A stretch of DNA of 64,000 nt from an uncultured Anaerolineaceae bacterium. GTDB lineage: Bacteria > Chloroflexota > Anaerolineae > Anaerolineales > Villigracilaceae. The position numbers were made by a program, and so were the translations under genes. The number at the start of each line of letters is the position of its first letter. Position 1 is the stretch's first letter. The stretch is taken from NCBI GenBank assembly GCA_964487745.1, contig CAZASG010000002.1:46360-110359 (forward strand), given 5' to 3'. Positions 40,997-49,997 of this stretch are shown one piece after another. The notes under the pieces are model-generated. The model was given only the letters and a program-made list of their open reading frames with translations. It had not been told where the DNA came from and made no database searches.

Positions 40997-42526
40997 CTAA
41001 CCTAAATATTTCTCTTTCAATTTGATCTTCTCAACTTTGCCATACGCGGAATAAGGCAATTCGTCTGTAAAAACAAATTCTTTCGGGATTTTGAATTTCG
41101 CGATCTTATTGCGACAAAACTCTTTCAATTCATCTTCTGAAACTTGCTCATTATCTTCGACCAGAGTGATCATCAAACCAACTTCACCCCATTTTGTATC
41201 AGGCTTACCGATCAGGGCAGCATCTTGAACCGCCGGATGATCGCGCACGACCGCTTCAACCTCGGCAGCGTAGATATTCTCGCCGCCGCTCTTGATCATG
41301 TCCTTGTAACGTCCGTCGATATAGAAGAAACCGTCTTCGTCCATATGCGCCATATCACCGGTGTGGAACCAACCATCTACAATGGCTTTGGCAGTGGCTT
41401 CGGGATTACGCCAGTAGCCGGAACAAACGTGGGGACCAGCGATCAGCAACTCGCCCGCCTCACCAACTTCCACGTCCACGCCTGTTTCGGGGTTGGCGAC
41501 CCGCATTTTACTGTGGAAGATGGGTTTCCCCACCGACCCCGTTTTTGGCACGGAATCTTCATCCGTCATGCTGAAGCAGTTCGCGCCCACTTCCGTGAGG
41601 CCATAGCCCTGACGGAAAATGATGCCTTTTTTCTCGCGCCACTCGTTCATCAAGGGCGGCGGACAGGGCGCACCGCCGCTGATAAAGAAATGCACGTGGC
41701 TGAAATCGGCTTCTTTGAAATAATCTAAATCCATCCACATTTGGAAAAGCGTCGGCACACCCAATATAACTGTGCAGCGCTCTTCCATGATCCAACGCAT
41801 CGAGTCGGCGGGGTCGAAATCGCGCGCCAAAATAATACGCCCGCCAATATACAAGATCGGCGTTAGGAAGGCAAACAGCCCGCCCGCGTGAAAAAGCGGC
41901 GTATAAACCGGGGAGATGTCTTTCTCCGTCAGCCCCCAACTGACAACGGAATTGATCGCATTGAAAAGAATCTGTCGATGCGGGAGGATTGCGCCTTTGG
42001 GATTGCCGGTCGTGCCCGATGTGTAGAGGATACAGTAGGGAGATTCAAGATCGAGCGACGGACGGATCGGCTCGTGGATTTGGGCTTGCTCCAGACCAAG
42101 TTCGTAGGATTTCGCCCCATCCATCTCGGCCCCACGCAGCCCCACAAAATATTCGACTTGGATATCAGCACGCATCTCATCTACGACCGGAACAAACTCT
42201 GGTTCAACGATCAGCACCTTCGGTTCAAGGTCGTTCACCATATAGGCCAGTTCGCGCGCTGTCAAACGCCAGTTAAAGGGTGCAAAAATCGCCCCGATCT
42301 TCGGCAATCCGTAGAATAGATCGATATAGACAATACTATTTTTGGCAAGAATGGAGACACGATCTCCAGGCCGGACGCCCAACTCGTCACGCATGAAGTT
42401 CGCCAGACGATTGGCGCGTTCGTTCAGTTCAGCATAGGTAAACCGCTTTCCCGTTTCCATCTCAACAATTGCGATACGTTCAGGGGTTAATTCGGCTCGT
42501 TTACTTAACAGATCGGCAGCGTGCAT
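40997..42526 (-). CDS. AMP-dependent acyl-CoA synthetase/ligase
   Basis: 509 aa with LYTSGTTGNPKGA, GYGLTE, WFHTGD and the GRYKDMIKSGGENI motifs. Confidence 0.85.
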   Translation of the reverse strand: MHAADLLSKRAELTPERIAIVEMETGKRFTYAELNERANRLANFMRDELGVRPGDRVSILAKNSIVYIDLFYGLPKIGAIFAPFNWRLTARELAYMVNDLEPKVLIVEPEFVPVVDEMRADIQVEYFVGLRGAEMDGAKSYELGLEQAQIHEPIRPSLDLESPYCILYTSGTTGNPKGAILPHRQILFNAINSVVSWGLTEKDISPVYTPLFHAGGLFAFLTPILYIGGRIILARDFDPADSMRWIMEERCTVILGVPTLFQMWMDLDYFKEADFSHVHFFISGGAPCPPPLMNEWREKKGIIFRQGYGLTEVGANCFSMTDEDSVPKTGSVGKPIFHSKMRVANPETGVDVEVGEAGELLIAGPHVCSGYWRNPEATAKAIVDGWFHTGDMAHMDEDGFFYIDGRYKDMIKSGGENIYAAEVEAVVRDHPAVQDAALIGKPDTKWGEVGLMITLVEDNEQVSEDELKEFCRNKIAKFKIPKEFVFTDELPYSAYGKVEKIKLKEKYLG

Positions 42527-42588
42527 AACTCTCCTTATAAGATGTCCCAGCTTAACAAAAAACAGTTTCGCAGCGGTTACAAAATGGT

Positions 42589-42687
42589 GTCACTACGAGG
42601 AAAGCGACAGCTTGACGTGGCAGTCTTCTTAACCAAAGAGGAGATTGCTTACCCCTTCGGGGCACAGGTCGCTCCGCTCGCAATGAC
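42589..42687. repeat. about 99-nt palindromic intergenic repeat (copy A; GTCACTACGAGG...GAGATTGCTT...CTCGCAATGAC)
   Basis: The terminal arms are inverted copies of each other (9 of 12). Shares GGCAGTCT, G(A/G)GATTGCTT and CTCGCAATGAC blocks with copy B at 46901-46988 in the opposite orientation. Confidence 0.45.
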
Positions 42688-42690
42688 CAT

Positions 42691-43488
42691 CTAGCTCTGC
42701 TTTGCCAGGAAGTCCAGAACGATCTGGTTAAACTCTGTCGGTTTTTCCCAACAGGATGCGTGCCCTGCATCCCTGATCAGATGGTGTTCTGCATGCGGGA
42801 TGCCCTTTTTTAGTATCTCGGCATAGCGCGGACCTTTGATTAGATCCAACTCACCGACCATGATGCAGGTTGGGACTTTTATTTCATTTAATCGTTCGGT
42901 GAAATTCACATCGAAAAAGGCTTCGCATAAACGGATCACAGCCGGAAAATCGAGGGCTTTATAGCGCTCTTTGGCATCTTCCAAGATGGCGGTGTTGGCG
43001 GCAACCCAATCGGGGGTGAAATTCCAAGGCACAGAAGCATGGAAGAAAGCCAGCGGATCTGCTCGAAGAAGAGCATCCACCCAGCTTTGGATCACCATGC
43101 GCAATTCAGGGCCTACCTCACTGACGGTATCCATCAGGATCAGGCTGCGCACCTTTCCAGGATATTTCAACACAAAGGCTTGTGCCACTTCCCCGCCGTA
43201 GGAGATACCTGCAATATGAGCCGTCTCAATATCGAGAGTATCCAGCAGCGAAGCGAGATCATCCGCGTGAAGCTCCATCGAGTATGGGCTTTCGGGATGA
43301 TCCGATTGTCCCTGGCCTCGACAGTCATATTGCAAGGTACGGTAGTGTTCCGAGAGTGCCTTGGTCTGGAAGACCCAACTCGTGGCAGCATTCATGAGGA
43401 TGCCATTGTTAAGTACTAGAACAGGGGCATCTTTGGGTCCGTGTAGTTCGTAATAAAGGTTTAAATTATTGACGTAAATTTGCGGCAT
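42691..43488 (-). CDS. alpha/beta-fold hydrolase
   Basis: Start set at MPQIYVNNLNLYYELHG (ATG at 43488). Nucleophile elbow GISYGG and C-terminal DAGH are present. The longer GTG start at 43533 would place two hairpins inside the CDS. Confidence 0.7.
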   Translation of the reverse strand: MPQIYVNNLNLYYELHGPKDAPVLVLNNGILMNAATSWVFQTKALSEHYRTLQYDCRGQGQSDHPESPYSMELHADDLASLLDTLDIETAHIAGISYGGEVAQAFVLKYPGKVRSLILMDTVSEVGPELRMVIQSWVDALLRADPLAFFHASVPWNFTPDWVAANTAILEDAKERYKALDFPAVIRLCEAFFDVNFTERLNEIKVPTCIMVGELDLIKGPRYAEILKKGIPHAEHHLIRDAGHASCWEKPTEFNQIVLDFLAKQS

Positions 43489-43577
43489 TTTTAAATCAGG
43501 GACAGGGATAGCTTTTTTTATCCCTGCCCCCACCTAGCCTCCCCCGCGAGTGGGGAGGGACTGTTTGTTATGAATTC

Positions 43578-44006
43578 CTATTCCGCTTCAAATGCCAGGA
43601 AGGTTTGTTTTTCATCTTCCTCGCCGCGCTCCAAAAAAGCGACCTTGAGCGGCGTCCCGATCTTGACTTCTTCGGGTTTGCTGGCATCCAAGCCCAGAAT
43701 TTGCGCACTCATCTTGACACCCTCATCTAATTCGACAATGCCTGCCATGTAGGGGTTATCACGTCCGTAGCCCGCTTTGATCATCGCTGTTGGCGCAATA
43801 GCTATGGATGTGAAAGCTGCCAAAGTCGCCTTGCCGCTGAATTCGACCCAATCCAGTTGATCACTATAGCAATTTGAGCAGAGCGCACGCGGCGGCAGGA
43901 ATTTTTCTTCACAAGCCGAGCAATGGGTTCCCATCAATTTCTTTTCATTCAAGAACTCAGCAAAAGATGCCTCGGTGAAAGGTTTTTTCTCAACGTTCGT
44001 CGTCAT
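43578..44006 (-). CDS. DUF35-type Zn-ribbon/OB-fold protein (thiolase partner)
   Basis: 142 aa with CSAC...CSNC, then an OB-fold region. It starts 1 nt after the thiolase stop. Confidence 0.8.
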   Translation of the reverse strand: MTTNVEKKPFTEASFAEFLNEKKLMGTHCSACEEKFLPPRALCSNCYSDQLDWVEFSGKATLAAFTSIAIAPTAMIKAGYGRDNPYMAGIVELDEGVKMSAQILGLDASKPEEVKIGTPLKVAFLERGEEDEKQTFLAFEAE

Positions 44007-44007
44007 C

Positions 44008-45273
44008 TTAGTCTCTCCTTTCGTAGACGTGCACTACGCAGGTGCCACCGGTGCCACCAACATTATGAGTCAAGCCAAGCGGAATATCGCCCGCAACCTG
44101 GCGGTCGCCAGCTAATCCACGCATCTGTTTGAAGATCTCAACAGCCTGTCCCGCGCCAGAAGCACCGACGGGATGCCCTTTTGATTTCAAACCGCCAGAT
44201 GTATTGATCGGTTTGGCACCATCTCGTGCAGTGACTCCGTCTTCAGCGGCTTTATAACCTTCGCCGGGAGCGAAGAAGCCGAGATCTTCGGTAGCGATCA
44301 CTTCAGCGACAGTGAAACAATCGTGTACTTCGGCAACGCGAATATCTTCAGCTGTAACGCCTGCCATTGTGTAGGCTTCTTGAGATGCACGGCGTGCGGC
44401 GTTGATAGTGGTCAGGTCAGCACGATCATGCAGGGCCATATCGGAAGATTGCCCTGAGCCGGTGATGTAGAGAGGATGATCGGTGAATTGCTTTGCTATT
44501 TCATCGGAAACAAGTAGAAGGGCGGTCGCACCGTCCGTGATGGGTGAGCAATCGAAAAGTCGCAGCGGCCAGGCGATCATCGGGTTGGCACGGTCGTCAT
44601 GCATGAAATCCATCACGTTCCCCCATGTGGGAATGAGTTTACCCTTCTTCTCCGCAGACTTTTTGCGTCCATCCATCCAATCGGGAATGGTGACACCAAA
44701 TTGAGCATTGGGGTTGAGAGCACCGTTCTCGTGATTTTTGATGGCGACATTCATCAGATGCTCCGGCGTCATACCATATTTGTGCATATAGGCAGATGCC
44801 ATTGCCGCGTAGAAGCCAGGGAAGGTGAAGCCAGCCGGAATTTCAAAGAGCGTATCGGCTGCTGCTGCAAGAGTGTCGGTCACTTCAGCGGTCGGGAGAT
44901 TGGTCATCTTTTCGATACCGCCCACCAGCGCTACATCATAAAGACCGGAGGCGATGGCTAAAATGCCCTGACGCAGGGCAACACCGCTGCTGGCACAGGC
45001 ATCTTCAATGCGCGTTGCAGGGCGATCTGCCAAGCCGACCATATCGGCCATGATCGGGGCGGTATGGCTTTGTGCCTCGAAGAGGTCGCTGGAGAAGTTG
45101 CCGATGTAGATGGTTTCGATATCGGCAGGGTCAAGCTCTTTGTCCACCGATTGACGCATGGACTGAAAGGCTTCCACGAAGAGGTCACGGCTGCTTTTCT
45201 CACGGAATGCGCCGAATTTGCTCATCCCTGCGCCAACGAGGGCAACACCACGTCCAAGTTTTTTATTGCTCAT
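44008..45273 (-). CDS. thiolase-fold protein (SCP-x/lipid-transfer-protein type)
   Basis: 421 aa with the active-site region EDACASSG and C-terminal HNVGGTGGTCVVH. Pairing with a DUF35 protein is typical of this thiolase subgroup. Confidence 0.85.
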   Translation of the reverse strand: MSNKKLGRGVALVGAGMSKFGAFREKSSRDLFVEAFQSMRQSVDKELDPADIETIYIGNFSSDLFEAQSHTAPIMADMVGLADRPATRIEDACASSGVALRQGILAIASGLYDVALVGGIEKMTNLPTAEVTDTLAAAADTLFEIPAGFTFPGFYAAMASAYMHKYGMTPEHLMNVAIKNHENGALNPNAQFGVTIPDWMDGRKKSAEKKGKLIPTWGNVMDFMHDDRANPMIAWPLRLFDCSPITDGATALLLVSDEIAKQFTDHPLYITGSGQSSDMALHDRADLTTINAARRASQEAYTMAGVTAEDIRVAEVHDCFTVAEVIATEDLGFFAPGEGYKAAEDGVTARDGAKPINTSGGLKSKGHPVGASGAGQAVEIFKQMRGLAGDRQVAGDIPLGLTHNVGGTGGTCVVHVYERRD

Positions 45274-45321
45274 GCTGTACTCCTGTTTTTGAGAGTAGGG
45301 GCGGGTTTATCCCACCTTGAT

Positions 45322-46884
45322 TTATTTCACAAATTTCTCGCGAAGTTCGCGTTTCAGGATCTTACCCATTGAAGAGAGCGGTAAGGCATCCATAATTTCG
45401 ACACTCTTGGGTACTTTGTATTTCGCCAGATGATCTTGCATATGTGCCATCAATTCTTCAGCGGTGGCAGATTGATCTGGTTTGAAAACGACACAGGCTT
45501 TGCCAACTTCCCCCCATTTTTCATCCGGGACACCGATGACAGCGCACATATGAATCGCGAGATGCTTATAGAGTACGCTCTCGATCTCAACCGGGTACAC
45601 GTTTTCAGCACCGGAGATGAACATATCTTTTTTGCGATCCCGAACGAAGAAATACCATTCGTCATCGTATTCAACAATATCGCCCGTATGGAACCAGCCA
45701 TCCTCGTCGAGGACCTCGGCAGAAGCTTCGGGATTATTCCAGTAACCAGAGCTGCCCGAAGGCCCTTTGAGTAGCATTTCGCCGGGCTGGTTGGGACCGA
45801 GCGGATTTTTATTTTCGTCGACCACGCGCACGTCAATGAAGAAGTTCGGGCGGCCGATACTGCCAGCTTTGCGAATCGCATCTTCAGGTGCGAGGGCAAA
45901 AAGCCCGGGACCATATTCCGTCATCCCAAAGCCCTGTTTAAAGCGGATGCCCTTCTTCTCGGTATAAAACTCAACCAAGGGGACGGGGAGCGGCGCGCCA
46001 CCTGACGTGCAGAAGCGCAGGGTGCTTAAGTTGGCAGATTCAAAATTGGACGCTTGAGTCAGCATCTGGTACATAGTCGGAACTGCGGCAAATACCGTTA
46101 CCTTTTCACGTTCGATCAACTCGAGCACTTGCTCCGGGTCAAATTGCTTGGTCAGGATGGTCGTGTTACCGAAAACGATCTGCGACGAGAGATAGGCAAA
46201 TAAACCACCCGCATGGAAGAGCGGGAATACGCATAAGTAGATGTCATCATGGTTCAAGTCGTGGATAACGGTATTGAGTACATTCCAGTTGATCTGGCGG
46301 TGGCTGATCTGCGCCCCTTTGGGCAATCCGGTCGTGCCACCCGTGAAGAGAAGACAGGCGATATCTTCCTTGTCCAGATCTTCATAGGTAACGGGCGTGT
46401 CTGGCGATACCTGCACAGTGCTTTCGTAAAGCAGTGATCCATCAATCCCACCGCCTTCAATATGCAGATAATGACCAACAGCGTGATCGGTGCCGCGTGT
46501 ATTCTCTTCAATGTTGGTTACTAATTCTTTGAAGACATCAGAATAAATGATCGCTTTGGGTTGGGTATCTTCGATGATGGAGACCAATTCCCGCCAATGC
46601 AGGCGCCAATTCAAGGCAGTATGGATCGCGCCTAATTTTCCACAAGCGTAAAAAAGATCGAGATGTTCGATGCCATCCTGCGCCAAGATCGCCACGCGGT
46701 CACGATAACCCACGCCAACTTCATCGCGAAGCCAATTCGCAAGGCGGTTAACGCGCTGATTCCATTCTCTGTAGGTCAGGCGCATTTCCGGAGACTTGCC
46801 CGCGTCAATGATGGCTAAGGTCTCGGGAGAATAAATCTCACGTCTTCCGAGGTAGTTGCCGATATACATTTCAATCTCCTTCAA
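45322..46884 (-). CDS. AMP-dependent acyl-CoA synthetase/ligase
   Basis: 520 aa with LFTGGTTGLPKGA, GFGMTE, WFHTGD and DRKKDMFISGAENVYP. Confidence 0.85.
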   Translation of the reverse strand: MKEIEMYIGNYLGRREIYSPETLAIIDAGKSPEMRLTYREWNQRVNRLANWLRDEVGVGYRDRVAILAQDGIEHLDLFYACGKLGAIHTALNWRLHWRELVSIIEDTQPKAIIYSDVFKELVTNIEENTRGTDHAVGHYLHIEGGGIDGSLLYESTVQVSPDTPVTYEDLDKEDIACLLFTGGTTGLPKGAQISHRQINWNVLNTVIHDLNHDDIYLCVFPLFHAGGLFAYLSSQIVFGNTTILTKQFDPEQVLELIEREKVTVFAAVPTMYQMLTQASNFESANLSTLRFCTSGGAPLPVPLVEFYTEKKGIRFKQGFGMTEYGPGLFALAPEDAIRKAGSIGRPNFFIDVRVVDENKNPLGPNQPGEMLLKGPSGSSGYWNNPEASAEVLDEDGWFHTGDIVEYDDEWYFFVRDRKKDMFISGAENVYPVEIESVLYKHLAIHMCAVIGVPDEKWGEVGKACVVFKPDQSATAEELMAHMQDHLAKYKVPKSVEIMDALPLSSMGKILKRELREKFVK

Positions 46885-46900
46885 AAATCATTTAAACAAT

Positions 46901-46988
46901 GTCATTGCGAGGAGAGCTTTACCCGACGAAGCAATCCCCAAGATCGTCTTGGAGACTGCCGCGCCGAAAAGCATCGCCTCGCAGTGAC
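46901..46988. repeat. 88-nt palindromic intergenic repeat (copy B; GTCATTGCGAGG...GAAGCAATCC...CCTCGCAGTGAC)
   Basis: The terminal 12-nt arms are inverted copies (11 of 12). Same family as copy A. It generates the spurious ORF start MSLRGELYPTKQSPR. Confidence 0.5.
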
Positions 46989-46994
46989 ATGCGA

Positions 46995-47873
46995 TTATTC
47001 AAAATCCACAGACTTGGCTGCCAAAAACTTGCGCAGCGTGGGCCAGAAAATATCCGGGCGTTCCATGTAGGTCATGTGCCCGCACTCCGGCACCATCATA
47101 TAACGGCTATTTGGCAAAATATCTGCCATTTTGGTCTGCTGCCAGGGCGGGATCGCGCGATCCTGTTCGCCGATCAAGATCAGGGTCGGCGTTTGGGCGT
47201 TACGGTAGGCATCCGGGTCGTTGTCGATATTCTCGAAAAAGGGATCCTGCGCCAAGGTCAGGCGCACGAGCGAATATTTCTGGTCCTTATAGCGGTCATA
47301 GAATCGGAGACGTCCGGCTTCCATCGCTTCGCCATAGATCTTGCGCGAGATATTCTCACCAAAAGTCTTCTCATAAAGGTATTGGGTGTAAATATCAAAG
47401 ACTTCGTCCGTCGAGGCATAGAAACGTAGCGAAATATCCTGATACATCTGGAAGAGCATTTCACGCTTCAGCAGGATGCCCGAAAGTGTGAGCGTGTGCA
47501 GGCGATCCTGATGCAGACGCCCCAGCTCTGCGCCGATGAATCCGCCATAGGAAACGCCGATGGGATGAACCTTGTCCACGCCTACAGCATCCATCACCTC
47601 GATGAGATAGTCAGCGAATTTGTTGATGAAGTACGGTTCGTCCTCCGCCGAAGATTGCCCTTGTCCGAAATAATCGTACAGGAGAATGTCATAGTCCGGA
47701 TGAAGGAAGGGAAGAGTGCGATACCACGACTTGGTCAACATCGCCAACCCGTTCAGGAAAACCACTACTTCCTTTTTGCCTTCGCCAAAATATTCCCAGT
47801 AGATCTTACGAGCGCCGTTTTCGACCTGGACAAAGCCTGTTTTGGATGGAGTGTATGATTTTTTTTCTGTCAT
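46995..47873 (-). CDS. alpha/beta-fold hydrolase
   Basis: Start set at MTEKKSYTPS... (ATG at 47873). VVFLNG, the nucleophile elbow GVSYGG and the C-terminal ECGH are present. The upstream extension would run through a 26-nt hairpin. Confidence 0.75.
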   Translation of the reverse strand: MTEKKSYTPSKTGFVQVENGARKIYWEYFGEGKKEVVVFLNGLAMLTKSWYRTLPFLHPDYDILLYDYFGQGQSSAEDEPYFINKFADYLIEVMDAVGVDKVHPIGVSYGGFIGAELGRLHQDRLHTLTLSGILLKREMLFQMYQDISLRFYASTDEVFDIYTQYLYEKTFGENISRKIYGEAMEAGRLRFYDRYKDQKYSLVRLTLAQDPFFENIDNDPDAYRNAQTPTLILIGEQDRAIPPWQQTKMADILPNSRYMMVPECGHMTYMERPDIFWPTLRKFLAAKSVDFE

Positions 47874-47913
47874 ATTCTTATCAGTAGGGGCGGGTGACCC
47901 CGCCCTTACGAGA

Positions 47914-48903
47914 TTAACCAGCCGTCCATTTCCAGACAGATGCAGCCATTGAAATACCGCCACCACTGGCACAGAAGAGGATCGTTTCGCCGGGCTTAGG
48001 CGCTTTGCCTTGAGTAATAGCATCATCCAAGGCCATCACCACACAAGGAGAGCCTGTGTAGCCCCATTTATGCATGATCCAATGCGTTTTCTCGATGGGC
48101 TGTTTGAGCAGATCCATCATAAATTCGATCGTGCGCAGATTGAGCTGGGTGAAAAAGTAATGATCGACATCGTCAAAGGTCATGTCAGCTTTATCCAGCG
48201 CGCCTTGCATTAGTTTGGGCCAATACTCGGTATTGAAGGTCTTGGGGAATTTTTTGACGAATTCAACTTTTGGAAAACCTGTTTCCGGTGTGCATGGGCG
48301 GGAGGTACCGCCGGTGTAGATGCCCAACGCATCATGAAACTCACCAACTGCAAGCATATTGCCTGCTAAAAAGCCCGCTTCTTCACCAACGCCCAAAACA
48401 ACGGCACCAGCACCATCTGCGAAGAGATTGGCGGTTTTCTTGTCCTTGATGTCGATGTAGCGACTCATCCCATATCCGCCCGCAACGAGGACATATTTCA
48501 TCGTCGGTTCGGTCATCAGGTATTTTGCACCCTGATCAACAGCAGTGACCCAGCCCGCGCAGGCGGAATTGACATCGTAGCAACCTGCTTTGGATGCGCC
48601 AAGCTTTGATTGCACGACAACCGATGTTGACGGGGAAAGGTAATCGGGTGTGTCGGTGGAGACAATGATCAGGTCGAGGTCTGACGGTGAAAGTCCGGCA
48701 CGAACCAATGCTTTTTTGGCGGCAGCAACTATCAGGTCCGAGGTCGTTTGCTCTGCTGACATCCAGCGGCGCTCGCGAATCCCCACATTCGCAAGCAGCC
48801 ATTCGCTGGTCGATTCGCCCATCAATTCGTCAATTTCAGCATTGGTGACCACCCGCTCAGGAACGTAGCTGCCGGTGGCAAGGATCTGTGGATGACGTGC
48901 CAT
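47914..48903 (-). CDS. 3-oxoacyl synthase III (FabH/KAS-III-like) condensing enzyme
   Basis: Start set at MARHPQILATGSYVPERVVTNAEIDE (ATG at 48903, 1 nt after the SDR stop). Active-site region NSACAGW is present, with C-terminal HKWGYTGSPC and GGGISM. Confidence 0.8.
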   Translation of the reverse strand: MARHPQILATGSYVPERVVTNAEIDELMGESTSEWLLANVGIRERRWMSAEQTTSDLIVAAAKKALVRAGLSPSDLDLIIVSTDTPDYLSPSTSVVVQSKLGASKAGCYDVNSACAGWVTAVDQGAKYLMTEPTMKYVLVAGGYGMSRYIDIKDKKTANLFADGAGAVVLGVGEEAGFLAGNMLAVGEFHDALGIYTGGTSRPCTPETGFPKVEFVKKFPKTFNTEYWPKLMQGALDKADMTFDDVDHYFFTQLNLRTIEFMMDLLKQPIEKTHWIMHKWGYTGSPCVVMALDDAITQGKAPKPGETILFCASGGGISMAASVWKWTAG

Positions 48904-48904
48904 C

Positions 48905-49669
48905 TTAGGTGCCCACCACGATTCCGCCGTCGACGCGCAGGGTCTCGCCGGTGATGAAGGCAGCTTCGTCGGATGCAAGGAAGAGGTAGGCATTGGCGAT
49001 ATCGCGTGGCTCGCCAAGACGTTTGAGCGGGGTGCGGGCTTTCATGCCGTCGATGATCTTTTCGGGCATGGTGACGAGGATCTCCGTGGCGGTGAAGCCA
49101 GGAGCAACAGCGTTGACGCGCACACCAAATTTACCCAACTCGCGCGCCCAAACTTTGGTCATGCCGATGACGCCAGATTTGGTGGCAACGTAGTTAGTTT
49201 GCCCGAAGTTGCCATCAAGCCCCACAACAGAAGTGGCGTTCAGGATCACGCCGCCGCCTTGTTTTGCCATATAAGGGGCAACTGCCTGGGCACAATTGAA
49301 AACGCCTTTGAGATTGACCGAGATAACGAGATCAAAATTCTCTTCAGACATCTGTCCGACAAGTTCGCCATTTTTGACTTTGACGAGTTGTCCATCACGC
49401 AGGATGCCAGCGTTGCTGACCATCACATCGACGCTGCCATATTTCTTGACAACATCATCGACCCATTTCTGGACTTCGGCACGGTCGGCTACGTTGACTT
49501 TGTAGAAGGCAGCACCATCGCCCAGTTCTTTCAGGGTGGCGTTTCCGGCTTCTTCGTTGACATCACAAATGACGACTTTGGCGCCTTCTTCAGCAAAACG
49601 CAGAGCGGTGGCTTTACCGATCCCTGCTCCGCCGCCGGTGACGAGGACAACTTTATCTTTCATGCGCAT
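48905..49669 (-). CDS. short-chain dehydrogenase/reductase, FabG-like 3-oxoacyl reductase
   Basis: TGGGAGIGKA cofactor motif, NAG, and the catalytic YVATKSG (YxxxK). AGGAGA SD upstream. Confidence 0.85.
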   Translation of the reverse strand: MRMKDKVVLVTGGGAGIGKATALRFAEEGAKVVICDVNEEAGNATLKELGDGAAFYKVNVADRAEVQKWVDDVVKKYGSVDVMVSNAGILRDGQLVKVKNGELVGQMSEENFDLVISVNLKGVFNCAQAVAPYMAKQGGGVILNATSVVGLDGNFGQTNYVATKSGVIGMTKVWARELGKFGVRVNAVAPGFTATEILVTMPEKIIDGMKARTPLKRLGEPRDIANAYLFLASDEAAFITGETLRVDGGIVVGT

Positions 49670-49707
49670 TTTCTTCTCCTATTTCAAATTTTGTATAAGT
49701 CAAAACG

Positions 49708-49914
49708 CTATGTCTCGCTTTTGATCTCAAGCGGCACATAGCGTTGTAAAAACTCGACGACATCTTCCCACGTTTGAAAGGCGATCTCTTCATCACTCTG
49801 GATGTGGCGCACCTCGCCACGATAGCTCGGCTGTTTATTCTCAGCCAGCGTTCGTTCATCCAGCACGAAGCGGATGATGAAGGATTCGATGGTGGGAAAG
49901 GTGTTGGCTTCCAT
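49708..49914 (-). CDS. small hypothetical protein (68 aa)
   Basis: No clear SD. FIIRFVLDE...SYRGEVRHIQSDEEIAFQTWEDVVEFLQRYV resembles, from memory, a class of small conserved proteins (hydrophobic strand, then R-G-x-hydrophobic-x-H, S-x-E, and a C-terminal helix). It is the first ORF of the co-directional cluster. Confidence 0.35.
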   Translation of the reverse strand: MEANTFPTIESFIIRFVLDERTLAENKQPSYRGEVRHIQSDEEIAFQTWEDVVEFLQRYVPLEIKSET

Positions 49915-49997
49915 TTGTTGAAAGGATAGCAGAGGGGGGTAACGGGGAGGTTACAAATGCTTTTGCAGTATAATGTTCAATACATAAGAGAAGGGTA

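Noticed and set aside
42552-42770. 72-aa minus-strand ORF across the 42527-42690 spacer
   Set aside because: It is built from the palindromic repeat and overlaps the hydrolase 3' end. The product is Arg/Ser/Trp-rich and has no start context.
46899-47429. 176-aa plus-strand ORF starting MSLRGELYPTKQSPR
   Set aside because: It starts inside the palindromic intergenic repeat and then runs antisense to the alpha/beta hydrolase gene. It is a repeat-generated artefact.
47874-48026. Upstream extensions of the hydrolase (to 48026) and of the KAS-III-like gene (48904-49017)
   Set aside because: The extensions overlap the preceding genes and, for the hydrolase, a 26-nt hairpin. The internal ATGs give family-typical N-termini and tight gene spacing.
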